A DNA stretch of 64,000 bases from Octopus sinensis (GCF_006345805.1 NC_043000.1:120404001-120468000); one strand, 5' to 3'; shown: positions 1-13,165, numbered from the stretch's first letter. Translations and numbers: made by a program. Notes: generated by a model not told the origin, from the letters alone.

Positions 1-20
1 TATATTCACAGAAACATCTA

Positions 21-262
<242 letters not shown>

Positions 263-264
263 AT

Positions 265-333
265 GAAGGCGCATGGCTCAGTGGTTAGATCGTGGAGCTT
301 ATGACCGTGAGGTTGTGAGTTCGAGTCCCGAAA
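265..333 (+). mobile_element. tRNA-derived SINE head fragment (family D-like)
   Basis: A box TGGCTCAGTGG and B box GTTCGAGTCC. Matches the head at 34898; no complete cloverleaf. Confidence 0.7.
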
Positions 334-334
334 T

Positions 335-1020
335 GATCTACGTCTTCTTTGGAGCAGGTAAGGAGGGGTGTTCCCACTGCATGGATTGTCACTTTATCTC
401 TCGTTCAAAATGATGAATCCAACACTTATCCTGATTTAGAAAACTTTCAAAGAAACCAGCTGGATTTGCCTCAGATGGTGTCAGAGTTTCTCGTGATATG
501 TTCAGCCTGGTGTGCTTTTGATTAGGTGTCAGAAGACGTGGCACTCACCAAGCAGGGACCTTCGTCATGCTAAGTTCGTTGTGCAGAATGTTCTCAACTC
601 TCTCACGAGATATGCTAATAACTTTGGTTATTTCATTTATATTCAATATGGTGAAGACAATGAACGATTTCCTCGTTGGTGGCAGCTGCAGGACGTCAAA
701 ATCTTAGGTCATCTTCACGAATCGCCCTTTCCCTCCTAAATTCAACTGCCAACTTTTGCATTGTTGAAAAAGCTAGAGTGTAGTCCCCTAATTTAGTACC
801 ATGTCAACATGAATGTCTTTAGGAGCTAAATACTTTTCCCTGCAGGTATTTGATGCCAAATTTTATCCAATTTCTAAACAAGTCGCTACTAGTTACTTTT
901 GAAGTTTTCGTTGAACAGTCAGATGTGAGATTATCAGAAAAACAATGCAGTTACTAAAAAAAAATATATTGAAGTTAACTGATGCAAGATTTCACACCTC
1001 TAGCGTCATTCCTCGCATAG
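335..1020 (-). mobile_element. Mariner (Tc1/mariner) transposase remnant, 5' half, disrupted
   Basis: Minus-strand translation across frameshifts gives IKYLQ..LAPKDIH.DM (HTH), ISISRERVENILHNEL, a degenerate WVPRLL and CWIHHFE....QSMQWEHPSLPAPKK, all typical of mariner. Confidence 0.85.
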
Positions 1021-1169
1021 TCAGTCTATGATATCTTCAGCCCATCCTAGAAATAGAAGTAAAATATCAAAATACTGAAGGCGGAGAACTTCTTACAATG
1101 CAAAAAAAAGAAAAAGGTTTAATTTACCTTTAATTTATTTCTTTTTTTACAAATTAGATAAAAAAAAGT

Positions 1170-1555
1170 AGGCGTAGGAGTGGCTGTGTGCTTACCAACT
1201 ACATAGTTCCGGGTTCAGTCCCACTGCGTGGCACCTTGGGCAAGTGTCTTGTTCTATAGGCTCGGGCCGACCAATGCCTTGTGAGTGAATTTGGTAGACG
1301 GAAACTGAAAGAAGCCCGTCGTATATATGTGTATATATATGTGTGTGTGTGTGTGTGTTTGTGTATCTGTGTTTGTACCCCCAACATCACTTGACAACCT
1401 AGGTGGTGTGTTTACGTCCCCGAAAACTTAGCGGTCCGACAAAAGAGACCGATAGAATAAGTACTAGGCTTCCAAAAAATAAGTCACGGGGTCGATTTGC
1501 TCGATTAAGGCGGTGCTTCAGCAAGACCACTGAAGCAAGTAAAAATGTAAAAGAG
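1170..1555 (+). mobile_element. SINE family A (tRNA head, CORE-like ACCTTGGGCAAGT, internal microsatellite, LINE-like tail)
   Basis: Multiple homologous copies in this window (14170, 16845, 25525, 34345 and others). Confidence 0.9.
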
Positions 1556-1796
1556 TACCTTTATATATTTCAAGCACAAAGGCCCATTGCCAGAGATAAA
1601 TGGTCAAGCAGTGTTAATTTATATGATACCAGCCCTGTTTGTGGCGACTGTTTAACTTTTGATGGACTTAGCACTTGAAATGTATAAAAGCAAGGAAAAT
1701 TTTCCCTTTTCGCATTATAAGACGCTCTCTATTCTTCACTATTTTATTTTACTTCTTTATTACAATGCATGGATAGGCTAGAAACGCTCTTTTTTC

Positions 1797-2203
1797 AAGG
1801 GAAATAATATTTATTACTAGCAGTATCGCCCGGCGTTGCTCGGATTTGTTTCGACCCTTTAGAATTAGAATTTCAAAAATTCTAAAAATTTTGCATTATG
1901 TAGCTTGTTATTCTCTTTAAGTGAACATTTTACTGGTTGAAATACACCGAAAAATGGCGACAAAGCAGTCAAAAATCGTAAAAAATAGGGACGTTCATAG
2001 AAAAAAAAAAGCACCTTTTTGGTGTAAATAATGTTTGGTCTTAACAAGGTTCGATTTGAATTTTTTCTTCTACGGAAGGAAGAGCAAACCTTTTATAATA
2101 AATGTTGGTCAACTTGCGCCGCAGGGTCTCGGAGGAGATAGTGTTAGTTGAAGGCTACCAAACCTGCCATACACAGATAACTTCCGCCTTATATATATAG
2201 AGA
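1797..2203 (-). mobile_element. Non-autonomous Helitron
   Basis: Minus strand A|TC...CCGAGCAACGCCGGGC hairpin-like...CTAG|T, no TSD. Homologous to 26619-27010. Confidence 0.85.
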
Positions 2204-3789
2204 TTTTGATGGATATGTAGAGAGTGAATCCAAACATTGACAAGACAGTGGTTTTACAATCAAATAACTTATAACAAGCAAGTGTGGTAGAGCAAGAGTT
2301 AAGTTAGAGGGCAGTAGGGATTTTCTGATAATGGAGGTTGATGACTTCCATTTACATTACTTATACTGTCAATAAATGTTTGAACTTTAGAATTTACCAT
2401 ATTCCATTCATTTTCCAAATGATACGCAAAAGGAAATCAATAGTTCATTCGATAATGCTGCTGGATGTCGAAAAATATAAAGAATAATAAATCCCTCGGA
2501 AAATGCCTCAACTTTACACATTCAAGCTAATATCGAAGTTGGTGAGCAGCAAAAATTTTGATTTACTGCTGCAGAAATGAAAACTCCCACTCAAAATGAA
2601 ATAAATGGTAACGATTGGGGTCAGATAATACTATTTCCTTCGCCTTATAAATAAGTCTAAGATTAAAGACGCCTGAAAATATAAATATTATTTTGCACAA
2701 TCAAGCGTGCGGCAAATAATTATTACATCCAATTTGTGAGTTAAATCACGATATTTATTCGCTTAATTTAAATTCTAAAATCATAAACATGCCAGAACAC
2801 TAAAAGTACCATTTTCTATCGAGTCAATATTGGTTTCTCTGCGACTAGTCACAGTAAGAGTTGTATATTAGGATAACAACACAATGAGACAATGGGAAGT
2901 GTAGCGTTCAGGATTTTCTACAAAGAATTAATGTGACCAGAAAAGTGAAACAACTTCAACGAGGAATAAAATGGAAACTAAATTGCAGACAATACTTATC
3001 TTCTGCTCCAAGGAACATTCCATACAACAGAACTATAATAGTTGATTTTAAAGTAAGAAAAACCGTTAATGAATCAGGCAATCTTGATGTAAATATGTAT
3101 CTAGAGAATACGCGAGTCGTAAATTTAAGCAACTGTAAATGTAAAATTAATGGTGGATCCGTGTGAGTGACCAGGTGGCAATGGATGCGACGAAATGTTT
3201 AATATTTAAATAATGGCTATTTAAGTAGGTTTAACAGATTTTGTCTTCTTGAATGGATAATATGAGACTTCATCACAAAATATCGGAACTAAAGCACGCA
3301 GAGTGAAGCCGATTGTTACGGGTTGACATTGAATTTTGTCGCACATGCACACTTAGATATAACGTTTACGTTTGCTTTCGTTTTCTATAGCGGTGCTTAG
3401 AAGTAAAATGTGTAGAGTGTGATCGTTTCACCACACCAGAGAGGCTCCATCAATGACCATTGCAGAGTGAATGTGTGTGTATGTGTGTGTGTGCGTGTGA
3501 GTGTGCAGATATATACATGTACTTTTTGTAGGTTAATAAAGCTCTCGTTGGTTTCCTGCCACATGGAACGTTGGTAAGCGTCTCCATCTTGGATATTAGC
3601 GTGTGTGTACATGCACACACACACACGTCAAAATAACCAGCCCCCATCTACACGCACATACACGCTCTCTCATACACACGGACACGCTCCTTCGTTTTGG
3701 GATCACCACTAATTTATTATCTTCCCTTCTTCCTAGCTCTCCTGTGTGACTCCTCTATCTGGCATTCGCCATGATTGATCACTAGCCAC

Positions 3790-3962
3790 TAAACCTTTTT
3801 TATTTTCTCTCCCTGTTTATTTCTGTGATCCTTTCTGTCGAAGAGCGTAGGCTCGAAACGTAAAACACTTTCTCACTTCCCGAGCGTTAAGCTAATACAT
3901 CTGTTTCTTGTTTACACACCCATTTTCGTCTTTTGTTTTTTTTTTGTAAATTCTCACTATAT
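3790..3962 (+). mobile_element. Short PLE-like element with hammerhead-like motif (family P1)
   Basis: Homologous to 56015-56180; motif at 3831-3866; 3' end abuts a TA-rich tract. Confidence 0.65.
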
Positions 3963-4029
3963 ATTTCGTTTTTGTATTTGGTTTGCAAGATTCTTTATGT
4001 GAGTATGTGTGTTGAAGCATATTCTGTTG

Positions 4030-4076
<47 letters not shown>

Positions 4077-4098
4077 GTGTGTTGTATATTTAAAATAA

Positions 4099-4167
4099 GC
4101 AACAAGAATATCTTCGGTAATATGGTACGATCATTTCACGCTACATTATTTTATTAAGCATTGTAAG

Positions 4168-4234
<67 letters not shown>

Positions 4235-4261
4235 GTGTGTGTGTATGTATATATATATATG

Positions 4262-4293
<32 letters not shown>

Positions 4294-4360
4294 TTACAAT
4301 GTTTAAAAAAATAATGTCGTGTGAAACGATCGTACCAAATTACGAAGATATTCTTGTTGC
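4099..4360. repeat. Inverted repeat (about 71-bp arms) enclosing a CA/TA microsatellite
   Basis: 4099-4170 is an imperfect reverse complement of 4290-4360. Confidence 0.9.
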
Positions 4361-4409
<49 letters not shown>

Positions 4410-4412
<3 letters not shown>

Positions 4413-4900
4413 CTAAAGAGAAAAGAAAAAGCTCAAGCAGGACCAAAGAGTGAAAAACAACCAGAAATAGAAGTGGAACCGCAAAGGATGGAACCAAACA
4501 GCGCACACGGGTGTGTATGTTCTACCTGAGAGGTTCCTGCTGGCATGGAAAGGAAGGTGCAGGCTGCCGCTTTGCACATCGGGGACCCTGTCACAGAGAC
4601 ACGAGGCAGATGGACAAACCATCAACACAAAGAAAAGGGATGGACCACGCACCACCTGCCCCAAAGCGGAGGTACGCAGATGTTGTGCGCGCACAAACAG
4701 CCAACATGATGTCGAAAGAGCAGCTGCTGAGCAACAATCTTTTTTGTGCATGGCACAAAAGATTGTACAGCAGCTGACCTGGCTTCATCAAACCCAAGCC
4801 GCAGGTGGGACTACCCACTATATACCAGACCACCACAGCAAACAGACACAGGATGGACACCGCCGGCAACAACGTACACCTCACCTCGATACTCTACTGA
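4410..4900 (+). pseudogene. LINE ORF1 remnant with CCCH-type zinc finger
   Basis: [22 protein letters not shown] (C-x7-C-x8-C-x3-H) at 4514-4579; frameshifted. Confidence 0.65.
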
Positions 4901-7835
4901 ACATCAGAGGACTGCAAACACTCAGTAACAGGACAAAGATCCCGTTCCTGAGAACTTTGTTGCATGCAATCAAGCTTATGCATAGCACTTACAGAAACGC
5001 ACCTGAAACCGGAAAATAGCAGAGGCGGAGTTACACATACCACAGTATGCTGTACTACGGACCGACAGGAAAGAAAGGAGTCATGGAGGTGTTGCTATGT
5101 ACATCCGTGAGGACCTCACACCCCAGGTCCTCTTGTCATACTCAACTCGGTGTGTGACACACTAATTGTACATATCAGGCAACTTGATGTAGTTGTGTGT
5201 GCTACATATCTCCCTCCAGATGCCCCAAGCCATGTGGGCAAGTTTGAAGACTGCCTTATAAAAATAGAAGAAATTCTAACCACATTAGAACAACACATAG
5301 GTGTGCTTTTATGGGAGACTTCAATCTGCCCAAGTCAGATGGCCCGAGGGCCTTTCTCTCCCAGGAATGACAAGATGTGAACGAGGACAGGCGAGGTCCC
5401 TCCTGAACCTCATCAACACCCTGTACATGGAGCAGGTAATACTCCAACCAACCAGGGCAGGAAACACACTGGATCTCGCTTCACAAAGAAATGGATCTCA
5501 TCCATAATGTGAAAGTGACACCGACACTACTCTCGGATCACAACATGATAGAGCTGACCATGTACGGGCCAAAAGAGAGCACGGACATGCAGCCTACAAG
5601 AAACCCTCAAAATCTTTCCAGCTTGAACTACCATAAGGCAAACTGGAAACAAATAGAGAAAGAGATCCTCAAACAAAACTGGCCTAAATGTCTCTCCTCG
5701 CCAGACATCGACGTGAAACTTCAACAATTCATGTCTGTAATGCAAGCCATATGCTACAAATGTGTCCCAGAGAGAAAGGCCACTGTACACAAGAACAAAA
5801 TCCCCAGAGAGAGGAAAATTTTAATGAGACAGCGTACGAAATTTTCAAATCGCCTAAACAAACAGATTGAAGCAGTGAAAAGTCCCGCCTAAAAAAAACT
5901 GTTGGAAATCGAAAAATGTCTGCAACTCTCCATGAAAAAGAAAGAGCAGACAGAGAAGCCTGGGCTATAGAAAACATAAAATCAAACCCAGAGCTTTCTA
6001 CAGGTATGCCAAAGAAACAGCTACAGTGCACTGTAGAATAGGGCCACTCCTCGAAAAGGATGGCACACTTACAGGAAAACCAATGAGGGTAAGTGAAATA
6101 CTGAATGAGCAATTCAAGAGTGTTTTCACTCCACCCCTTGGGCATCTCCAAATCACCAATCCAACTGACTTTTTTAACACTGCAGATATAAAATCAGAGG
6201 CGGCGACGATAGATTACATCGATATAAAGGAAGAAGATGTACCAAGGCTATAGATGAATGAAAACAAACTCAGCTACTGGCCCCGATGGATTCCCGGCAA
6301 TCCTCCTAAAAGCATGTAAGAGAGTCCTAGCAAGACCACTGCAGTTCCTCTTTCAGAGCTTCCTTGCAGCTGGCAAACTTCCAGGAAAACTGAAGGAAGG
6401 TAAAATATGCCCCATTCATAAAGGAGGTAGCAGAGCGGAAGCCAAGAACTATAGACCTATCTCTCTGACCTCACACATCAGCAAGGTCATGGAACGAATA
6501 GTCAGAAGGAAGATGATCACCTTCCTGAAGAGAATGACTTGCTGCCCGACACCCAACATGATTTCCGACCAGGGAGAAGCTGTTTAACTCAGCTCCTACA
6601 ACACTATGACTGGGTGCTGAAACGGCTGCTCAACCACTCAAATGTGGAAGTGATATATCTCGACTTTGCAAAGGCCTTTGATAAAGTCGATCATGGAATG
6701 ATATGTCACAAACTGCGTGATCTCAACATAGTTGGAAAACTGGAGAATGGCTTCATGACTTTCTGAAGGATAGAAGTCAGGTGGTAGTAGCCAATGGGGC
6801 CACCTCCATTAACACAACAATAGTGAGCGGTGTTCCGCAGGGCACTGTTCTGGGACCACTACTGTTCATAATGGCCCTCTCAGACATGCCCTCAGCCACG
6901 CAGAGAGCCACGATCACAAGTTATGCAGATGATACAAAAGTTTCACAGCAATACAGAACCCTGAGGACACTAAACACCTGCAATGTGAGCTGGACGAAAT
7001 ATACAAGTGGGCTGAAAAGAATAGCATGCAGTTCAATGCTGGAAAGTTTCAAGCTTTATACTATCAGCATGCAAAACTGAATGCAATACCCAATGAATAC
7101 ACTGGACCCGGAGGGATTGCAATCCCAGAGGCACAATCAGTGCGTGACCTGGGTATTCACATGAGTGATGACGCGACCTTTCATGTACATGTTGCTAAAC
7201 TGACAATGAAATGTAGACGGATGGCTGGATGGATTCTTAGAACCTTTAGAACAAGAGAACAAGAAACATGATGGTCCTCTGGAAGACACTTGTCCTAAGC
7301 ACTTTTGAGTATTGCTCTCAGCTATGGTCACCATCCAGTGTCAAGTTGATCACAGAACTTGAGGCGACCCAACGAAGCTACACAAAGAAGATAGCCTCTA
7401 TGCAGAATGTAAGCTACTGGGAAAGACTCAAGAGATTAAAATTATATTCCCTGGAGCGTAGGCGGGAAAGATATGCCATAATATACATCTGGAAGATCCT
7501 GGAGGGAAGTGTCCTGAACTTTGGCATCGAGAGTTACGCAAATGCCAGAACTGGGGCGCCACTGCGTGGTGCATAGGACTCCAAACCTGCCATAGATGAT
7601 GTAGGACAAGATTCTGTGATAGCCTGGCTTCCGAGGCCCACAGCTCTTCAATATCCTCCCGAAGAACCTGAGAGACCTGCATGGGGTGGATACAGATGTC
7701 TTTAAAAATGAAGCTGGATCTCTTCCTGTCAGGTGTCCCAGATGAACCAACTTCACGGCAGGAGGGGCAGATGAGGGCAGCTGCATCGAACTCTCTCATG
7801 CACCAAATACCAGTTGCTAGAAAGCCTCCATGAAG
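4900..7835 (+). pseudogene. LINE ORF2 (APE endonuclease + reverse transcriptase), many frameshifts
   Basis: APE motifs: LTETH, DR..RSHGGVAMY, GDFN, SDH. RT motifs: GPDG, YRPISLTS, QHDFRPGRSC, YLDFAKAFDKVDH, GVPQGTVLGPLLF, YADD. Confidence 0.97.
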
Positions 7836-7925
7836 TGAAACCAAGTAGCAACACCAAATGGCGGTGCCCCAGCATGGCCACAGCTCATAAGCTGAAACTA
7901 GAATCAATCAATCAATCAATCAATC

Positions 7926-8150
<225 letters not shown>

Positions 8151-8445
8151 GGAGGCGCAATGGTCTAGTGGTTAGGGCAGCGGACTCGCGGTCGCAGGAT
8201 CGTGGTTTCGATTCCCAGACCGGGCGTTGTGTGTGTTTATTGGGCGAAAACACCTAAAAGCTCCACGAGGCTCCGGCAGGGGGTGGTGATCCCTGCTGTA
8301 CTCTTTCACCACTCTTTCTCTCATTCTTTCTTCTGTTGGCCTGCTCGCTTAGCCAGCGGGCTGGCGTCATTCGAAGGCTAAAACAATGTGAACATTGTGA
8401 CCAGCGATGTGTAACAACATCTGATGGTCTGGTCGGTCACGTGAT

Positions 8446-8453
<8 letters not shown>
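8151..8453 (+). mobile_element. SINE family C, tail type Y
   Basis: tRNA-like head GGAGGCGCAATGGTCTAGTGG...GTTTCGATTCCC. Full-length homolog on the minus strand at 49678-49945. Confidence 0.9.
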
Positions 8454-8485
<32 letters not shown>

Positions 8486-8529
8486 CAACAGAATATGCTT
8501 CAACACACATACTATATATATATATATAT

Positions 8530-9200
8530 ATAATAGTGTAAACAGAGTTAGCGGTTATAATAACTGAATGAGGGATAAAATATTCTTATGTAATATCGGT
8601 ATCCGTTGCCCCGAGTATTGGTGTGCAGGTAACAACAGGATAAACAAGTGTTTATCAGGAAACAAATACAAATAATCAGAAAATGGAGAAAACCTCAGAT
8701 TAAAAAACACAATGATTGGACCACATTTATAGTTTATTATTTAATACAAAGCATGATATAACAAATATGTGACGTAACAAATCTTACGGCCGTTTCCGCT
8801 TCTTTTGCTACACGATGTCTATAAATAATTGCGAAAATAAATTTCTTCATCTTCATAGAACATTCGAATTAAGGCACGGAGCTTCAACAGAGTTAAAAAC
8901 AAGAACATCCAATATAAACAAAGGGAAGAAGGAAAAGGAAATTAAACATGGCCTAGAAAAAAGTCTAGAAGCCCAATATATTAAAAGTGTATAATCTACC
9001 ATCTTGGGGCTACGCTGTCTGTAGGTAAAAGAGTGAGCTTGTAATGGTGTAGGAAATAGTACAATTTATTTACGGGTAGTTCCAATTTAAGGTGTGTATG
9101 TGTGTGGGTGGTGCAATGTGTTTTGAAATTTAAGAAAAGAAGTTATCAAAAAAGTTTTTGTTTTTGATAACTTCTTTTCTTAAATTTTGAAACATCATGC
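8530..9200 (-). mobile_element. Probable PLE-derived 3' fragment with hammerhead-like motif
   Basis: Minus strand CTGTTGA-AGC...AGC-GGAAAC-GGCC-GTA at 8781-8894, adjacent to (TA)n. Boundaries approximate. Confidence 0.45.
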
Positions 9201-9232
9201 CCCCCTCCCAAATATACCTATATATCTATATA

Positions 9233-9375
9233 CGACAAGCTTCTTTCAGTTTCCGTCTACCATATCCACTCACAAGGTTTTGGTCGGCTCGGGGCTATAG
9301 TAGAAGACACGTCCAAGGTGTCACGCAGTGGGACTGAACCTAGAACCATGTGGTTGGTAAGCAAGCTACGTACCG
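9233..9375 (-). mobile_element. SINE family A head
   Basis: Reverse complement of the head at 1170. Confidence 0.85.
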
Positions 9376-10229
9376 TATATATATCACCTGGTATATAAGC
9401 TGGAATTCTTCTACTGGATATTGTATGTGGAAGTCCGGTTGTGAGAGGAGAAATTATAGAAAAAAAGGATTATACAAGAAGATGGAATGAGCTGGTTTTA
9501 ATCAAAATAACCCCTGTGCATTGGTGTCAGATGTGTTTCATATACTATAGATATAATTATAAACATACGATCCAATAATAGATGAGTACCTGCACGGCAT
9601 CAGGTGAGTGGCTGTGGGAGCAATCAGAAATTAACAGCTAGTACTAATGCAGAGAAACAATTGTAGTGTATTAATGCTTACTGACTCCATACTCGGAAGA
9701 TTAATCTGTTGATCATATTTCAGTACCAAGTTCTCTATGAATAAATACATTATATTACTAAAAACTCCTCACATTAATACATATGTGTATATCTACAAAC
9801 ATATATATTTACGCGTATGTGCCTAAATATATCTGTGTATATTTGTATATATATTTATGTTAACATATTATTGCAATCAAATTTGAGTAATAATGTATTC
9901 CATAATTAAACAGTAAAATATGAAATTAACAGAACAAGTTGCAGCCTGCATTCGTAGAACAAAACAACTTCATACGCATACATATATAGATACGAATCAT
10001 ACGCAACATTCACACACCTAAGCATGTATACCAGCACATACAAGGATGTATGCAAACAGACGTAGAGATATATAAGGAAAAATTAATAAATACAATGAGA
10101 TTGTATTTAGATGTGAATGTTTTGAATGAAGTAAATATAACGGGAATAGATACAAGAGAAATAAAATAGTCGTCACTGGCCGAGTGTGATACGGTTCTGC
10201 ACTTTTAGGATTATATTTACATGCCCGTA

Positions 10230-10347
10230 CATACATAGATACATAGATACATAGATACATACATACATACATTCATACATACATACATACAGAATACATA
10301 CATACATACATACATACTAATACATACATACATACATGCCTAGATAT

Positions 10348-10429
<82 letters not shown>

Positions 10430-10755
10430 ATAAATAACTTATAAATAAGGGCAAACGAAAAAATTTCTAATACCAAATATACAGTTCCACAGGGACAATC
10501 ACGCACTTTCGCATATATTCATACATACAAACACGCACAAACACACACAACACACACATGTATGCATGTATATGTATATGTGTGTGTGGTGTGTATATGT
10601 ATGCATGTGTTTGTGTGTGTAGATGTAAATAGAATACAGATACACAGATACACATGGTACGTGTTTACATGTATATATACATATCTATATATATATATAT
10701 ATATATATACATACATACATAAATACATACATACATACATACACATACACAAAAA

Positions 10756-10807
<52 letters not shown>

Positions 10808-10815
10808 GTATAATT
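10230..10815. repeat. Compound TACA/TA/CA/TG microsatellite block
   Basis: Direct inspection. Confidence 0.95.
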
Positions 10816-11269
10816 TTATGCATACCTCTATATAATTATAAACGTCTATCTAAATATAAGGAGACATGGCAATCGATTCCCTGGGAATAATTATCATCTG
10901 TAAAACAGGAATAATATACTGTATTTGACCATGAAAATGACTTCATCTAAATTATCACCAAAGTCATCTTTGTTCTTACGCGTCAATGAGATTTGTTTTG
11001 TTTAGAAAATTGGTTTCACCGCGAATAAACATCGTCATAATACAAACTTCGTCAGATAAACTTTTCGCCTATTCTTCCTTCCTCTCTTTCGGATCAAACT
11101 TTGTTTATATTCTACTGCGTTCTAGAATCTACGGTTGCTCTAGTCTGATGACACTTCCGAACCGAAACTCTACTTCTCTTCTCTCTTCTCTGTTTTTTTC
11201 CATCGCTCTTACACTTCTCTCTTAATTATCTCTTGCTCCTTTCACTTCTCTGTCTGCTTGTCTCTGTCT

Positions 11270-11970
<701 letters not shown>

Positions 11971-12805
11971 CAGAAAGACATAAAAATACTGAGACATATA
12001 TTTATAATAGAAAAGCTATTTTGCCATGTTGGCCTTTAAATTAATAGGAAAGCGTCATGGAAGCTTTATCGAAATACTTGTTCTCCTCTCTCTAGCAGAA
12101 TCGATCGGTCACACCAAAACCTAGAATACTCTATGCGTATAAATATCACGTCTATTTAGTTATGCTAACATATTTATGGCCTTCCATAAAACGGTCACAC
12201 CGAATATATATATTAATATTTTCTCCTCCAGATTTTCTTTTAACTCTGACCTTGACGAAAAGGGTAGCAAGCTGAAAGTGATGTGAAATACAGATTAGAA
12301 CAGAAAGAGAAATATAAGAAATAAAAATTAAAATAAAGAAGAAAAACCACACAAAAACACTAAGATGAAGCAAAGTTTTTTCACGAACTGCAATGTGCCA
12401 ACGAGCACGTCTCCGTGTGGTCGATTAACCAGGTTGAAATAACAGCTTAATCTTCCTCAAATCTCAACCTACTAGTTTAGAGAAAAAGACTGCATTATGC
12501 CTGGGAAAATGGTGAGATGCATATGAAAGAAAGTCTTTGATAATGAGACTACTTGATCGTGGTTGAAATAGATCGAACAACAACGACAACCACGACGACA
12601 CCAACAACAACATTTTAAATAGTCATAGCAACACCGTACCATTATGAATCACCAACGTCTTTAATCTCCTTTCCGTAGTAATGTCTGAAAGTCATAGTCA
12701 TCCACCCTACGTTACTGCCCTCTTATATATCCCTAGATTATGTGAAGGTTTACCTATGAAACTTTCAGTAATGTAGTGCTGAATCACACCGATATTAAAT
12801 ACATG

Positions 12806-12901
12806 TATGAAACTTACACTCTTTTCTTCACTCACTCGTATATATATATATATATAATATATATATATATACGAGTGAGTGAAGAAAAGAGTGTAAGTTT
12901 C

Positions 12902-12904
<3 letters not shown>
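12806..12904. repeat. Palindrome with 35-bp arms and a (TA)n centre
   Basis: TATGAAACTTACACTCTTTTCTTCACTCACTCGTA and its exact reverse complement. Confidence 0.95.
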
Positions 12905-12934
<30 letters not shown>

Positions 12935-12942
12935 ATATATAT

Positions 12943-13142
12943 TACTAGAAATGGTAAGACAACAAAAGAATGAAAGAGACCTCGATATTATGTAAATAGA
13001 GGAATTTATCTGTAAAGATAATATGTGACAATTTTTCGCTAGCCATGATAAAACTCCGAGTTTCGGATGTCGGGTCGGAACCCACGCCGCCATCTCTTCA
13101 GTTAGGGGAGGGAGTAACGGTAAGGGAGTAAAAATGTTCATA
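12943..13142 (-). mobile_element. Short PLE-like element with canonical-core hammerhead-like motif (family P3)
   Basis: Homologous to 17005-17270; motif at 13049-13104; both ends lie in (TA)n. Confidence 0.75.
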
Positions 13143-13165
13143 GTATATATATATATATATTATAT

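Larger units (their letters stand above)
4410..7926 (+). mobile_element. CR1/L2-group LINE, near full length, inactivated
   Basis: ORF1 remnant with a CCCH finger, APE endonuclease, RT, a 3' UTR stem-loop and an (AATC)n tail at 7902-7926. Both ends are embedded in (TA)n. Confidence 0.95.

Noticed and set aside
512-739. 75-aa plus-strand ORF
   Set aside because: It is antisense to the mariner transposase remnant.
4513-5019. 168-aa ORF
   Set aside because: It is an off-frame or frameshifted reading through the LINE ORF1-ORF2 remnants, not a separate gene.
10830-11060. Apparent short GT-AG intron on the minus strand
   Set aside because: Splicing creates an immediate stop and the flanking frames are closed.
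11141-11175. CTGATGA...GAAAC hammerhead boxes
   Set aside because: The canonical boxes are present but stems II and III do not pair and there is no NUH site in register.
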